Below are positions 46,679 through 57,605 of a stretch of DNA of 64,000 bases, in pieces. Position 1 is the stretch's first letter, and every line of letters starts with the position of its first letter. Under the pieces are notes generated by a model, which worked only from the letters and a program-made list of their open reading frames with translations, was not told the origin of the DNA and did not search any database. This DNA comes from Clostridia bacterium (lineage in GTDB: Bacteria; Bacillota; Clostridia; Oscillospirales; CAG-272). The DNA lies in NCBI GenBank assembly GCA_017472305.1, contig JAFUQP010000016.1, positions 5,960-69,959 on the forward strand, read 5' to 3'. Made by a program: the position numbers and the translations under genes.

Positions 46679-47722
46679 ATGAAACGAATAATTTCGCTAT
46701 TTTCTGTACTCTCCTCGCTGCTTTTATCGCTCTCTGCACTCTCGGCGTGCAGCCCCGAGCCAAAAAGCAAGAGCTACTACGGAATATTCGACACAGTCAC
46801 CACAGTATACGATTACTCGGGAATGTCCGAAGGGGAGTTTTCCTCTTTTGCCGACCGAGTTTACAGAGAGCTTTCCTACTACGACAGGCTCTTTGATATA
46901 TACGAAAGCCACGCCGAGGGCGGCACGTGCGGCGTTTTCGAGATAAACGCGGCAGCAGGCAAGGGGGTGGTGACGGTCCCCGAGGAGCTGATTGATTTCC
47001 TTGAATTCGCCATAGAAATGCACACCCTTACGGGCGGCGAGGTCAACATCGCAATGGGCGCCGTTACCTCGCTCTGGCACGAGGCGCGAATGGCGGCAAC
47101 AAGGCAGGATAACCCTATCGCGGCTCTCCCCTCGCGCGAGGCTCTCGAGGCGGCGGCAGAGCACACCGATATATCCGCGCTCGTAATTGACAGAGAAGCC
47201 CTTTCGGTAAGACTTACAGACCCCGAGGCAAGGCTTGACGTCGGAGCTATAGCCAAGGGCTATGCCGTAGAGAGGGTTGCAAAGAGGCTTTCGGCCGAGG
47301 GCTACTCGGGAATAGTCATTGACGCGGGCGGCAACCTTCGGGCAATCGGAGAGAAGCCGAGCGGCAAGGGCTGGGTAACGGGTGTAAAAAACCCCGACAC
47401 CTCGTCTCGCGACCCTTACGCAAAGACCTTTGAGATAAAGAACGCAAGCGCCGTAACCTCGGGTGACTACGAGCGCTACTTCACAGTAGACGGCGTGCGA
47501 TATCACCATATAATAGATAAGGATACCTTAATGCCAAGCCGAAGCTATCGCTCGGTCAGCATAGTCTGCCGCGACTCGGGGCTTGCCGACGCCCTCTCAA
47601 CCGCACTCTTCAATATGGACTACGAGTCAGGCTCCGCCGTCATAGACAGTCTTGACGGGGCTTATGCCGTATGGATTTTGCCAAGCGGCGAGCTAAGGGA
47701 GCACGGAAATCTCCCAAATTAG
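46679..47722 (+). CDS. apbE: FAD:protein FMN transferase lipoprotein
   Basis: Lipobox LSA-C; FDTV, LDVGAIAKGYA, GGN, VTSGDYERYF, YHHIID, ADALSTALF. Confidence 0.92.
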   Translation: MKRIISLFSVLSSLLLSLSALSACSPEPKSKSYYGIFDTVTTVYDYSGMSEGEFSSFADRVYRELSYYDRLFDIYESHAEGGTCGVFEINAAAGKGVVTVPEELIDFLEFAIEMHTLTGGEVNIAMGAVTSLWHEARMAATRQDNPIAALPSREALEAAAEHTDISALVIDREALSVRLTDPEARLDVGAIAKGYAVERVAKRLSAEGYSGIVIDAGGNLRAIGEKPSGKGWVTGVKNPDTSSRDPYAKTFEIKNASAVTSGDYERYFTVDGVRYHHIIDKDTLMPSRSYRSVSIVCRDSGLADALSTALFNMDYESGSAVIDSLDGAYAVWILPSGELREHGNLPN

Positions 47723-47856
47723 GCGCATTTTGACAACCTAGATTTACATTTTTCGGCTTCGGGGCAAGGTTGTTGCCCAAGCGAGCCGAACCAACAGTTA
47801 TAACAGTTATATTTGCAGATATAAATTTCACTGTGTGACATACGAAAGGAAAAACT

Positions 47857-48336
47857 ATGGAAAAGCTGCTTACACTTCTCGAAAGAGATGCAACCCTCAC
47901 CCCCGCGGAGCTCGCGGTAATGCTCTCAAAGGAAGAGGGCGAAATCAAGGAAATGATTGCCGAGCTTGAGGCAAACGGCACAATACTCGGCTACAAGACG
48001 ATTGTAGACTGGGACAAGACCGACAGAGAGTACGTCAACGCCTTGATAGAAGTCAAGGTTATGCCGCAGCACGACGGCGGATTTGATAAAATTGCCGATA
48101 AAATCAAGCATTTGCCCGAGATAAAGGGACTCTATCTTATGTCGGGCGGCTTCGATTTCACGGTGCTGCTCGAAGGCAAAACAATGAAGGAGGTCGCCTT
48201 CTTCGTTGCGAGAAAGCTTGCGCCGCTTGAAAACGTGACCGCAACCGCCACCCACTTCGTTCTCAAGACCTACAAGGACAAGGGAACGGTATACGATATG
48301 CCGGAGAAGGACCCGAGAGATAAGCTACTGATATGA
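47857..48336 (+). CDS. Lrp/AsnC family regulator (YugG-like)
   Basis: LEANGTILGY..IVDW, LYLMSGGFDF, TATHFVLK.YK; translationally coupled to the aminotransferase. Confidence 0.9.
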   Translation: MEKLLTLLERDATLTPAELAVMLSKEEGEIKEMIAELEANGTILGYKTIVDWDKTDREYVNALIEVKVMPQHDGGFDKIADKIKHLPEIKGLYLMSGGFDFTVLLEGKTMKEVAFFVARKLAPLENVTATATHFVLKTYKDKGTVYDMPEKDPRDKLLI

Positions 48337-49520
48337 TTAATTACGATACCCTTTTTTCCAATACACTGAAGAACACAAAGCCCTCGGGCATACGTAAGTT
48401 CTTCGACCTGCTTGCCGATATGGGCGACGTAACGGCGCTCACCGTCGGACAGCCCGACTTTGTCACCCCCTACCATATAAGAGAGGCGGCAATCGAGTCG
48501 CTCGAGGAGGGAAAAACCTACTACACCGCAAACGCGGGTACAAAGGAGCTGCGCGAGGAGATTTCAAGCTACCTGTCGCGCCGCTTCGGGCTCTCCTACG
48601 ACGCAAAAAGCGAGGTGTTCGTCACCGTCGGTGGCAGCGAGGCTATTGACGTGGCCTTAAGAAGCTTTATTAACCCCGGCGACGAGGTTATTATCCCAAC
48701 GCCGACCTTCGTCTGCTACGAGCCACTTGCAAAAATGGCAGGCGCAACTCCCGTAATCATTAACTGCCGCGCCGAGTGCGGCTGGAAGCTCACGGCAGAC
48801 GAGCTTCGCGAAAAAATCACCGACAAAACAAAAATGCTCGTCCTGCCCTACCCGAACAACCCAACGGGTGCCGTGCTTGACAAAGAGGAGCTCGAGGCTA
48901 TAGCCGAGGTACTCCGCGGCACGAATATTATTGTTCTCTCCGACGAAATCTACGCCGAGCTGACCTACGGAAAGAGGCATATCTCAATCGCCTCAATCGA
49001 GGGTATGCGCGAGAGGACGATTATCGCCAGCGGATTTTCAAAGGCTTACGCTATGACAGGCTGGCGACTCGGCTACCTTGCGGCGCCGAAGGAAATTCTT
49101 TCCGAGATGCTCAAGCTCCACCAGTACGCAATAATGTGCGCGCCTACAGCCTCGCAGTTTGCGGGCAGAGAGGCTATGCGCGAGGGAGATGCCGACGTCG
49201 AATATATGCGCGCCGAGTACAACCGCAGAAGATTGAGAATATACGAGGGGCTGAAGGAAATCGGCATCGACTCGGTTATGCCCGAGGGTGCGTTCTACAT
49301 CTTCCCCTACATCGGCGGCTTTGGACTTTCGTCAGAGGAGTTCTGCGAAAGACTCTTGTACGAGGAGAGGTGCGCCATAGTCCCAGGAACTGCCTTTGGC
49401 GAGGCGGGCGAGGGCTATGCAAGAATTTCCTACGCCTACTCCACGCGCCATATAAAGGAAGCCCTCAGCAAAATCGCGCGCTTCATCGAAAAGCTGAAGG
49501 CAGAGGGCAGAGGCAATTGA
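48333..49520 (+). CDS. Class I/II PLP aminotransferase (YugH/AspC-like)
   Basis: SGIRKFFD, GQPDFVTP, PNNPTG, SDEIY, GFSKAYAMTGWRLGY. Confidence 0.92.
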   Translation: MINYDTLFSNTLKNTKPSGIRKFFDLLADMGDVTALTVGQPDFVTPYHIREAAIESLEEGKTYYTANAGTKELREEISSYLSRRFGLSYDAKSEVFVTVGGSEAIDVALRSFINPGDEVIIPTPTFVCYEPLAKMAGATPVIINCRAECGWKLTADELREKITDKTKMLVLPYPNNPTGAVLDKEELEAIAEVLRGTNIIVLSDEIYAELTYGKRHISIASIEGMRERTIIASGFSKAYAMTGWRLGYLAAPKEILSEMLKLHQYAIMCAPTASQFAGREAMREGDADVEYMRAEYNRRRLRIYEGLKEIGIDSVMPEGAFYIFPYIGGFGLSSEEFCERLLYEERCAIVPGTAFGEAGEGYARISYAYSTRHIKEALSKIARFIEKLKAEGRGN

Positions 49521-49592
49521 CCAAGCGGCAGTTTTAGCGAGATTTTGCAAATATTAGTTGTCATTTTAAGAGAAAACACGAGGTTTTAGAGT

Positions 49593-50708
49593 ATGAAGCT
49601 TGAGCTTGTGGCAACCTGCCTGTTCGGTCTTGAAAGACTGCTCGGCGAGGAGATTGAGGCACTCGGCTACGAGAGAATATCGACGATAGACGGCAGAATC
49701 ACCTTCCGCGGCGACGGGGAAGCTGTGGCACTTGCGAATATTTCGCTCCGCTTTGCCGAGAGAGTGTTTATCAAGCTCGGCTCATTCCGCGCGACGAGCT
49801 TCGAGGAGCTTTTCGAGGGCACAAGAGCTTTGCCCTGGCCCGAGCTTATCGGAAGGGACGACGCGTTTCCCGTCAAGGGACACTCGATAAAATCGGCGCT
49901 CCACTCGATACCCGACTGTCAGGCGATAGTCAAGAAGGCGGTCGTGCGTTCTATGACCGAGCGCTACGGGCTTCTGACCTTCCCCGAGGTCGGAGTGAAG
50001 TACCAGATTGAATTCTTTATACTGAATGACGAGGCAACCTTAATGATAGATACCTCGGGCGTCGCGCTCCACAAGCGCGGATACAGAAGGGAGTCGAACG
50101 CCGCACCGATACGCGAAACCCTCGCGGCGGCAATCGCAAAGCTCTCCCGACCGAGAGAGGGGCTTTTGCTTTGGGACCCTATGTGCGGCAGCGGAACTAT
50201 TGCAATCGAGGCGGCAATGCTTATGAGGAACATCGCCCCGGGTGTCAACCGACGCTTTGCGGCAGAGGACTTCCCCTTTATCGGCAAATCGCTCTGGGAC
50301 TCGGCAAGAGAGGAAGCAAGAGAGGGCGAGAGGTCGCCCGACTTCGAGGTCTTTGCCTCGGATATCGACCCCCGCGCCGTTGCCCTGACAGAGAAGAACG
50401 CAGGGCTTGCAGGCGTTGCCGATACTGTACGCGCCTTTGAGTGTGACGCGCGAAAAATCCGCGCAGAGGGCAGGCGCGCAACCATTGTAACAAATCCCCC
50501 GTACGGCGAGAGGCTGGGCACGCTCCGCGAGGCAGAGGCACTCTACCGCGAGATAGGCACACACTTCCGCTCGCTCGCCCCCTGGCAGGTGTATATAATC
50601 ACCTCTCACCCGTCGTTTGAACGGCTTTACGGCAAACGCGCCGACAAGGTCAGAAAGCTCTATAACGGTATGCTTCCCTGCTATCTCTACCAGTATTTTA
50701 AAAACTAA
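49593..50708 (+). CDS. THUMP-domain RNA methyltransferase (RlmL/YpsC-like)
   Basis: DTSGVALHKRGYR, APIRETLAAA, DPMCGSGT, VTNPPYGERL. Confidence 0.9.
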   Translation: MKLELVATCLFGLERLLGEEIEALGYERISTIDGRITFRGDGEAVALANISLRFAERVFIKLGSFRATSFEELFEGTRALPWPELIGRDDAFPVKGHSIKSALHSIPDCQAIVKKAVVRSMTERYGLLTFPEVGVKYQIEFFILNDEATLMIDTSGVALHKRGYRRESNAAPIRETLAAAIAKLSRPREGLLLWDPMCGSGTIAIEAAMLMRNIAPGVNRRFAAEDFPFIGKSLWDSAREEAREGERSPDFEVFASDIDPRAVALTEKNAGLAGVADTVRAFECDARKIRAEGRRATIVTNPPYGERLGTLREAEALYREIGTHFRSLAPWQVYIITSHPSFERLYGKRADKVRKLYNGMLPCYLYQYFKN

Positions 50709-50743
50709 AGAAGGAACAGAAAATCAAAAACGAACGGATAAAA

Positions 50744-51406
50744 ATGAAAATCACGAAACCTTTAACGAAATTCCCCTGGGGATATCTTCTGCTCGCGGTG
50801 CTGACAGGAACAATCGGCATCAGTATGCTCGTTTATAAAAAGGAGTCGCTTGACGCTCTTGCAATAACAATCGGTGTCACGGTAATAGTGGCGGCGGTAT
50901 TTCTCGCATTGCTCGCGCTTGCGAGCCGTGAGCGAGGCTTTGGCTTCGGAATAAAAATCGCGCTGTCGGTTGCTATGCTCGTGGCGGGAATTGTCACGCT
51001 GATATCAAGAAGCAAAACAATTGACGAAATAATCGGTATATTCGGGCTTATTCTGATACTCGACGGAGCATTCAAATTCCACACGACCGCCCTCTCAAAG
51101 AGGTATAAAATCTTCGGCTGGTGGGTAATGCTAGTCATCGCGGTTCTGCTTATCGGCGGCGGATATATAACCGTCAGAACGCTCAAAATCGCAAGCCCTG
51201 CAACTGTATATATTCTCGGTATTCTATTTACCGTAGATGCGCTCGCAAATCTCTTCGCCGCATTTTACAATGCCACAGTCGAGCGCCGACATATCCTCGC
51301 AGTAGAGGAAGCGCTTCTTTCCGAGGTGAACGGCAAAACCGCCGAGCCCGACGCAAAGGACGACGACTTTGAAAAATCAAAGCACTTAAGGCGCAAAAAA
51401 AGATAA
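50744..51406 (+). CDS. HdeD/DUF308-like membrane protein
   Basis: Six hydrophobic helices with Gly-rich motifs (IFGLILILDG, ILGILFTVDA). Confidence 0.65.
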   Translation: MKITKPLTKFPWGYLLLAVLTGTIGISMLVYKKESLDALAITIGVTVIVAAVFLALLALASRERGFGFGIKIALSVAMLVAGIVTLISRSKTIDEIIGIFGLILILDGAFKFHTTALSKRYKIFGWWVMLVIAVLLIGGGYITVRTLKIASPATVYILGILFTVDALANLFAAFYNATVERRHILAVEEALLSEVNGKTAEPDAKDDDFEKSKHLRRKKR

Positions 51407-51531
51407 GCCAAGCTCAAAAATCAAACAAAAACGAGGTGGATATTGCAAAAATGTGCAAGGTCCATCTCGTTTTTTATATTATTTCCCCGTCCGCGGCAGT
51501 AATAGATTTGCGGCTAAAAGAGGTGTCGCCC

Positions 51532-52140
51532 TTATTCTATACCCAGCTTTCCGAGGTCGGGGAACAGCGGGCGCGAAAACATTCTTGCCGCTGCCGCCGC
51601 CATATCCGAGGTGCTCTCGGCAAATCCGCCTCTGTACCACGAAAGCGTTACCGACATCAGTCCGCAGATGGCAAACTGCAAAAGCTCCGTCCTCATCCAC
51701 TCACTCTCGTCCGGCAGGAATTTCGCAGGGTTTACAAAGCTTGAATTTGAAAAGTCAACCGAGCTCTGTATCAGAAGTCCTGTAAGATTGCTCTTTTCAA
51801 GTCCGTCGAGCAGCGCCTTCTTCTCGGGAAGTGTCCAGAAAACGAAAAAGCGTTCAAGCTCTCCCTTAAGCTGCCGCTTTGCGGTGCTCTTGCCGCGACG
51901 CCTTTCGTACTCCTCGTTGAAGGGCTCGAAATCCATCAGCGTGTGGTCGATAAGCGCGTGAAGCGCTCCGTCCTTGTTATCAAAATACCTGTAGAAGGCC
52001 TTTCTCGGCATATTCATTCCAAGACAAATATCCATAACCGATATGTCTTCATAATTCTTCACCGTCATAAGTGACAGAAGATAGCCTTCAATTTCCCTTT
52101 GGCGGCGCGAGGATTCTTCGGTTTTACAAAGCTTATACAT
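51532..52140 (-). CDS. TetR/AcrR family regulator
   Basis: YEDISVMDIC..MNMPRKAFYRYFDNKD HTH; divergent from the glucuronide operon. Confidence 0.88.
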   Translation of the reverse strand: MYKLCKTEESSRRQREIEGYLLSLMTVKNYEDISVMDICLGMNMPRKAFYRYFDNKDGALHALIDHTLMDFEPFNEEYERRRGKSTAKRQLKGELERFFVFWTLPEKKALLDGLEKSNLTGLLIQSSVDFSNSSFVNPAKFLPDESEWMRTELLQFAICGLMSVTLSWYRGGFAESTSDMAAAAARMFSRPLFPDLGKLGIE

Positions 52141-52435
52141 ACTGCTCTCCGTTGGGGGTTGTTTTTTGATTTCATCACGGCAGACCTGCGGCGAGCCGCG
52201 GTGCTGTTTTTCGAATCTATTATATCAAATTCCTTCGAGCCAGTCAAGTGCTCCGCAAAATATAAATATTGCCCCCGCTCCCGCGCGCAAGGCTCACGTC
52301 GCCGAAACGCCGGTCGCACGCACTCAGATTATGAAAATTTGCCGCTAAAAGAGCTTAATGCGAGGAGCAATCTAGCTTTTTCACCTATTTTTGTCGATTA
52401 TTAACAAAGCCTGTTGTCAAATTTTCGTACAGGGG

Positions 52436-52451
52436 TGTCACAGAAGTAACA
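52436..52451. promoter_or_regulatory. Palindromic operator candidate upstream of the glucuronide operon
   Basis: TGTCAC-AGAA-GTAACA imperfect palindrome. Confidence 0.4.
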
Positions 52452-52532
52452 TAATGGGACTTTTATTGCGTGCTTGTATTTGATATAATATAGGCAGGTA
52501 AACCTAAAACAATACAATTTACGGAGGACAAA

Positions 52533-54032
52533 ATGGCTAAAGAAATTCAGCTCGACGAAAACGGCAAGCGCAAGTTTGGTATTCGCGACAGTATTGCGTA
52601 CGCCGCAGGAGACCTTGGCTGTAATATGAGCTTCGCGCTCAAGGGCACCATGGCGCTCTTCTGGACTCAGGTTATGGGTCTCAGCCTTTGGTATTCGCTT
52701 CTTCTCGTTATCGTTCAGGTTTGGGATGCAATCAACGACCCGCTTATTGGAACGATAATCGACTCGGACAGACGCAGCTACAAGAGGAATAAGTTCCTCA
52801 CCTACATCTGGTTCGGCTCTATCGGACTTATCGTGGGCGGCGCGTGCTGCTTCCTTCCCTTCCCCGGCGCACCCCTCTGGGCTAAGATAATTATCTTCAT
52901 TGCAGGATACGTTATCTGGGATGCCTTCTACACAATCGCAAACGTTCCTTACGGCTCGCTTCTCTCGCTCATCTCGAAGGAGCCCGCAGACAGAGCTTCC
53001 CTCTCGGCATGGCGTTCTATCGGCTCGATGGTCGGTAACATGCTCCCCATGGTTATCCTTCCCTTCATCATCTACAAGGAAGACGGCGTAACCCTCAACG
53101 GTCCTATGGTATTCGTTGCGGCTCTCGTTATGGGCGTTCTCGGCTTTATCTGCTTCCAGTTTATGATTAAAAACACCGAGATTCGCGTCGAGGAAGACAT
53201 CAAGCTCAACGAGGACCAGCCCAAGTTCAACGTTCTCGTAGCTCTCAAGAACTTCTGCCTCAACCGTCCCGCAGTCGGCGCAACCGTTGCCGCTATGGGT
53301 ATGTTCATCGGTATGCAGGGTGCTACTACCGCGGTTACGGTCGTATTCCAGATTTACTTCAAGAACGCACAGATTTCGGGTGTCGTTCAGCTCTTCGCTA
53401 TGATTCCTATCGTAGTGTTCACTCCCCTTGCGCGTAAGATGGTTACCAAGTACGGCAAGAAGGAGCTCTCGGTAATCGGCGCTATCTGCTCCATCGTCGG
53501 CGGAGCGTGCCTCTTTATCATTACTCCCGACAACACCGCGCTCGACCTCGTTCTCTACATTCTTTGCCAGCTCGTTTACAGCCTCGGTCTTGGTATCTAC
53601 TCCACCGTATCCTGGGCTATGATGGGTGACGCTATCGACTACAACGAGTGGAAGACCGGCAAGCGTGAGGAAGGCGTTGTTTACTCGCTTCACTCCTTCT
53701 TCAGAAAGCTCGCTCAGGGTCTTGGCCCCGCAGTTGCTCTCGTTATAATGACCGCTCTCGGCTATGTTAACAACGCAAACCTTGACGCAAACGGCGAATA
53801 CACCAACATTCCCGACGCGGCAGGTAACTTCAACGCAATCAACGTTGAGTGGCTCGGCTGGGACGTTGCGGTTAACCTCAGAATACTCGTTGCTGCACTC
53901 TTCCTTGTTGCTGCAATTATGCAGTTCGTAGGTCTTGCTCTTATCTACAACCTTGACAAGAAGACCCTTGATAAGATGAACGCTGACCTTGAGGCAAGAC
54001 ACGCATCTGTTGAGGCTCCCGTCGAAGGCTAA
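52533..54032 (+). CDS. MFS glycoside-pentoside-hexuronide (GPH) symporter, UidB-like
   Basis: YAAGDLGCN, WDAINDPLIG..ID, NVPYGSL, DAIDYNEWKTGKREEG. Confidence 0.9.
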   Translation: MAKEIQLDENGKRKFGIRDSIAYAAGDLGCNMSFALKGTMALFWTQVMGLSLWYSLLLVIVQVWDAINDPLIGTIIDSDRRSYKRNKFLTYIWFGSIGLIVGGACCFLPFPGAPLWAKIIIFIAGYVIWDAFYTIANVPYGSLLSLISKEPADRASLSAWRSIGSMVGNMLPMVILPFIIYKEDGVTLNGPMVFVAALVMGVLGFICFQFMIKNTEIRVEEDIKLNEDQPKFNVLVALKNFCLNRPAVGATVAAMGMFIGMQGATTAVTVVFQIYFKNAQISGVVQLFAMIPIVVFTPLARKMVTKYGKKELSVIGAICSIVGGACLFIITPDNTALDLVLYILCQLVYSLGLGIYSTVSWAMMGDAIDYNEWKTGKREEGVVYSLHSFFRKLAQGLGPAVALVIMTALGYVNNANLDANGEYTNIPDAAGNFNAINVEWLGWDVAVNLRILVAALFLVAAIMQFVGLALIYNLDKKTLDKMNADLEARHASVEAPVEG

Positions 54033-54232
54033 TTGAAAAATACACAAGCCGTTCACGCTGCATCGGCTTGAGGCGGTGTCCGATGCAAAATCGGACACCG
54101 CTTTTCTAAAAATGTTAACCTGCAATTAACTAATTGTATATTTTTTATGGTATAATAATAGATGAGGAATTTTTGCTCCTCTCCAAACAATGCTAACAAC
54201 ATACCGCCGCACAAGCGGCAAAAGGAGAACAA

Positions 54233-56494
54233 ATGAGAAATATTATCAACATCAACGAAGGCTGGCAATTTATCAAGGACTCTGCCGACCCCGCAAGAAA
54301 GGAAGGCGCCGTAGCTGTTAACCTTCCCCACTCGTGGAACGCAACCGACGGACAGGACGGCGGCAACGACTACTTCCGCGGCTCCTGCCTCTACGTAAAG
54401 GAGATTAAGAAGGCTGACCTTCCCGAGGCGGCAAAATACTATATTGAAATTCAGGGCGCTAACTCCTCGGCTGACCTCTACGTAGGCGGCGAGAAGCTTA
54501 TGCACCACGACGGCGGCTACTCGACCTGGCGCGCCGACATCACCGAGGCTCTCGGCGAGGGCGCAGAGATTGCGATAGTAGTTGACAACGCGCCTAATGA
54601 AACCGTTTACCCCCAGATGGCAGACTTCACCTTCTACGGCGGTCTTTACAGGGACGTAAATATTATCGCGGTTGCAGAAAACCACTTTGACCTCGACTAC
54701 TACGGCGGCAAGGGACTTGCCATCACCCCGAAGGTAGAGGGCGCTGACGCTACCGTTACCGTTGACGTATACACCACCGACCTTGCAGACGGACAGAAGC
54801 TCGTATACTCTATCTACGACAAAGACGAGAAGCTTCTCCTCTCCACCGAAACCGAGGAAAAGACGGCTACCTTCAAGCTCGAGGGCGTTCACCTCTGGCA
54901 CGCAAGACGCGACCCCTACCTCTACTGCTGCGAGGTCGAAATCAAGGCAGGGGACGAGGTTGTTGACTCTGTTTGCTCCCGCTTCGGTGTAAGAAGCTTC
55001 GAGATTGACCCCGAGCGCGGATTTATTCTCAACGGCGAGGAGTATCCTCTCCACGGCGTATCCCGTCACCAGGACAGACTCGGCGTAGGTAACGCTCTTA
55101 CCCACGAGCACCACATCGAGGATATGGACCTTATCTGTGAGGTTGGCGCGAACACTATCCGTCTTGCTCACTATCAGCACGACCAGTTCTTCTACGACCT
55201 CTGCGACGAGCGCGGTATGGTAGTTTGGGCTGAAATTCCTTATATTTCAAAGCACCTTCCCGGCGCACGCGAGAACACAATCTCGCAGATGAAGGAGCTC
55301 ATCACACAGAACTACAACCACCCCTCTATCGTTGTATGGGGACTCTCCAACGAGATTACAATGAACGGCGAGGACGAGGACCTTATCTCCAACCACGTAG
55401 AGCTCAACGACCTCTGCCACGAGATGGACAAAACCCGTCTTACCACCATTGCCTGCGTTTCGATGTGCTCGATTGACGCAAAGTACAACAAGATTCCCGA
55501 CGTTATCTCCTACAACCACTACTTCGGCTGGTACGGCGGAGATACCTCTATGAACGGCCCCTGGTTCGACAACTTCCACGCGAAGTACCCGAACATTCCG
55601 ATAGGTGTCAGCGAGTACGGCTGCGAGGCTCTCAACTGGCACACCTCGAACCCCACTCAGGGTGACTACACCGAGGAATACCAGGCATACTACCACGAGG
55701 AGCTTATCAAGCAGCTCTTTACGAGAAAGTATATCTGGTCTACCCACGTATGGAATATGTTCGACTTCGGTGCTGACGCGCGTGCTGAGGGCGGCGAGAA
55801 CGGACAAAACCACAAGGGTCTTGTAACTATGGACCGTAAGTACAAGAAGGACTCCTTCTACGCTTACAAGGCATGGCTCTCAGACGAGCCCTTCGTACAC
55901 CTTGCAGGTAAGAGATATATCGACAGAGTTGAGGACGTAACCAAGGTTACCGTTTACTCGAACCTTCCCGAGGTTGAGCTCTTCGCAAACGGCGAGAGCC
56001 TCGGCAAGAAGACCGCAGAGGACCACTTCTTCTACTTCGACGTTCCGAACAAGGGCGAAACGAAGCTCGTTGCCAAGGCAGGCGAGCTCACCGACGAGAG
56101 CGTAATCCGCAAGGTTGACGAGATGAACCAGGACTACGTTCTTAAGGAGAAGGGCGCAGTTCTTAACTGGTTCGACGTTGACGCTCCCGAGGGACGCTAC
56201 TCGCTCAACGATAAAATTTCCGACATTATGCAGTCCTTCCGCGGTAAGCTTTGGTTTATCGGCATGGGCCTCAAGATTAAGAAGATGATGAGCGGCGAGA
56301 AGTCGGGCGAGAAGAAGAAGGCGGCAGGCTTTGAGCTCTCCGAGGGCGTAATGCAGATGATGGGCGGCTTCACCGTTCTCCGTCTTACCTCTATGATGGG
56401 TATGATGAACGTATCCTTCACCAAGGAGGAGCTGCTAAAGATGAATAAGAAGCTCAACAGAATTAAGAAGCCCAAGTCGCTCCTTAAGAAGTAA
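54233..56494 (+). CDS. GH2 beta-glucuronidase (probably FMN-binding class)
   Basis: GH2 motifs DFTFYGGLYR, HQD, IRLAHY, WGLSNE (acid/base), SEYG (nucleophile); NxKG GUS signature NHKG; adjacent to uxuA/uxuB. Confidence 0.85.
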   Translation: MRNIININEGWQFIKDSADPARKEGAVAVNLPHSWNATDGQDGGNDYFRGSCLYVKEIKKADLPEAAKYYIEIQGANSSADLYVGGEKLMHHDGGYSTWRADITEALGEGAEIAIVVDNAPNETVYPQMADFTFYGGLYRDVNIIAVAENHFDLDYYGGKGLAITPKVEGADATVTVDVYTTDLADGQKLVYSIYDKDEKLLLSTETEEKTATFKLEGVHLWHARRDPYLYCCEVEIKAGDEVVDSVCSRFGVRSFEIDPERGFILNGEEYPLHGVSRHQDRLGVGNALTHEHHIEDMDLICEVGANTIRLAHYQHDQFFYDLCDERGMVVWAEIPYISKHLPGARENTISQMKELITQNYNHPSIVVWGLSNEITMNGEDEDLISNHVELNDLCHEMDKTRLTTIACVSMCSIDAKYNKIPDVISYNHYFGWYGGDTSMNGPWFDNFHAKYPNIPIGVSEYGCEALNWHTSNPTQGDYTEEYQAYYHEELIKQLFTRKYIWSTHVWNMFDFGADARAEGGENGQNHKGLVTMDRKYKKDSFYAYKAWLSDEPFVHLAGKRYIDRVEDVTKVTVYSNLPEVELFANGESLGKKTAEDHFFYFDVPNKGETKLVAKAGELTDESVIRKVDEMNQDYVLKEKGAVLNWFDVDAPEGRYSLNDKISDIMQSFRGKLWFIGMGLKIKKMMSGEKSGEKKKAAGFELSEGVMQMMGGFTVLRLTSMMGMMNVSFTKEELLKMNKKLNRIKKPKSLLKK

Positions 56495-56515
56495 TATATC
56501 GGAAGGAAACAGCTT

Positions 56516-57595
56516 ATGAAAATGACGTTCCGCTGGTACGGCGAGGGAAACGACCGTATCAAGCTCTCGGATATAAAGCAGATTCCCGGTGTTGAGGGCA
56601 TAGTCTGGGCTCTTCACGACAAGATGCCCGGCGAGGTCTGGCAGCCCGAGGAAATCGCCAAGGTCAAGGCGCAGTGCGACGAGTACGGATTCAACATTGA
56701 CGTTGTTGAGTCGGTAAACGTTCACGACGATATCAAAATCGGCCTTCCCACAAGGGATAAATATATCGAGAACTATAAAGAAACCATCAGAAATCTCTCG
56801 AAATTCGGCGTCAAGGTTATCTGCTATAACTTTATGCCCATTTTCGACTGGACCAGATCCAACCTCTTCCACGAGGTTGGTGACGGCTCTACCGCGCTCT
56901 TCTACGAGAAGGGTATGATACAGGACGACTACAACGCTATGGCAAAGTACATTCTCGACTTTACCGAGAAGTACAATATGTCCTTCCCCGGCTGGGAGCC
57001 CGAGAGAATGGCGAAGCTCGACGAGCTTTTCAAGGCTTACGCCGACGTCGACCACGAGAAGCTCTGGGCTAACCTCAAGTATTTCCTCGAGGCTATAATG
57101 CCCACCTGCCGCGAGTGCGACATCAAGATGGCTATTCATATGGACGACCCGCCGTGGGATATCTTCGGTCTGCCGAGGCTTCTCGTTGACGAAAAGAGCA
57201 TCGACCGCTTCCTTAAGATGGTAGACGACCCCTATAACTGTCTTACCCTTTGCTCGGGCAGCCTTAACGCGAACCCCGACACCAACGTTGCCGATATTGT
57301 ACGCAAGCATTGCGACAGAATCGCCTTTGCACATATCAGAAACGTAAAGCACTTCGAGAACGGCGACTTCTCCGAGGCAAGCCACAGAGATTGCGACGGA
57401 GATACCGGTATACTCGACATTCTCACAGCATATCACGAGTGCGGCTTTGACGGATATATCCGTCCCGACCACGGCAGACACCTCTGGGGCGAGGGCCCCG
57501 GCACCGTGCGCCCGGGATACGGTCTTTACGACAGAGCGCTCGGCATAATGTATATGCTCGGAGTTTGGGACCTGCTTGAAAAGCAGAAGAAATGA
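56516..57595 (+). CDS. uxuA: Mannonate dehydratase
   Basis: MKMTFRWYG, VVESVNVH..IK.G, CYNFMPIFDWTR, HMDDPP, AHIRN, RPDHG, PGYGLYDRALG. Confidence 0.96.
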   Translation: MKMTFRWYGEGNDRIKLSDIKQIPGVEGIVWALHDKMPGEVWQPEEIAKVKAQCDEYGFNIDVVESVNVHDDIKIGLPTRDKYIENYKETIRNLSKFGVKVICYNFMPIFDWTRSNLFHEVGDGSTALFYEKGMIQDDYNAMAKYILDFTEKYNMSFPGWEPERMAKLDELFKAYADVDHEKLWANLKYFLEAIMPTCRECDIKMAIHMDDPPWDIFGLPRLLVDEKSIDRFLKMVDDPYNCLTLCSGSLNANPDTNVADIVRKHCDRIAFAHIRNVKHFENGDFSEASHRDCDGDTGILDILTAYHECGFDGYIRPDHGRHLWGEGPGTVRPGYGLYDRALGIMYMLGVWDLLEKQKK

Positions 57596-57605
57596 GGATA
57601 AAAGA

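Noticed and set aside
52401-54125. 574-aa antisense ORF, and similar long antisense ORFs at 24343..25521, 28861..29688, 30691..31623, 54053..55180 and 56435..57643
   Set aside because: They are shadows of strongly codon-biased sense genes that rarely use TTA/CTA/TCA. The translations have no recognisable motifs.
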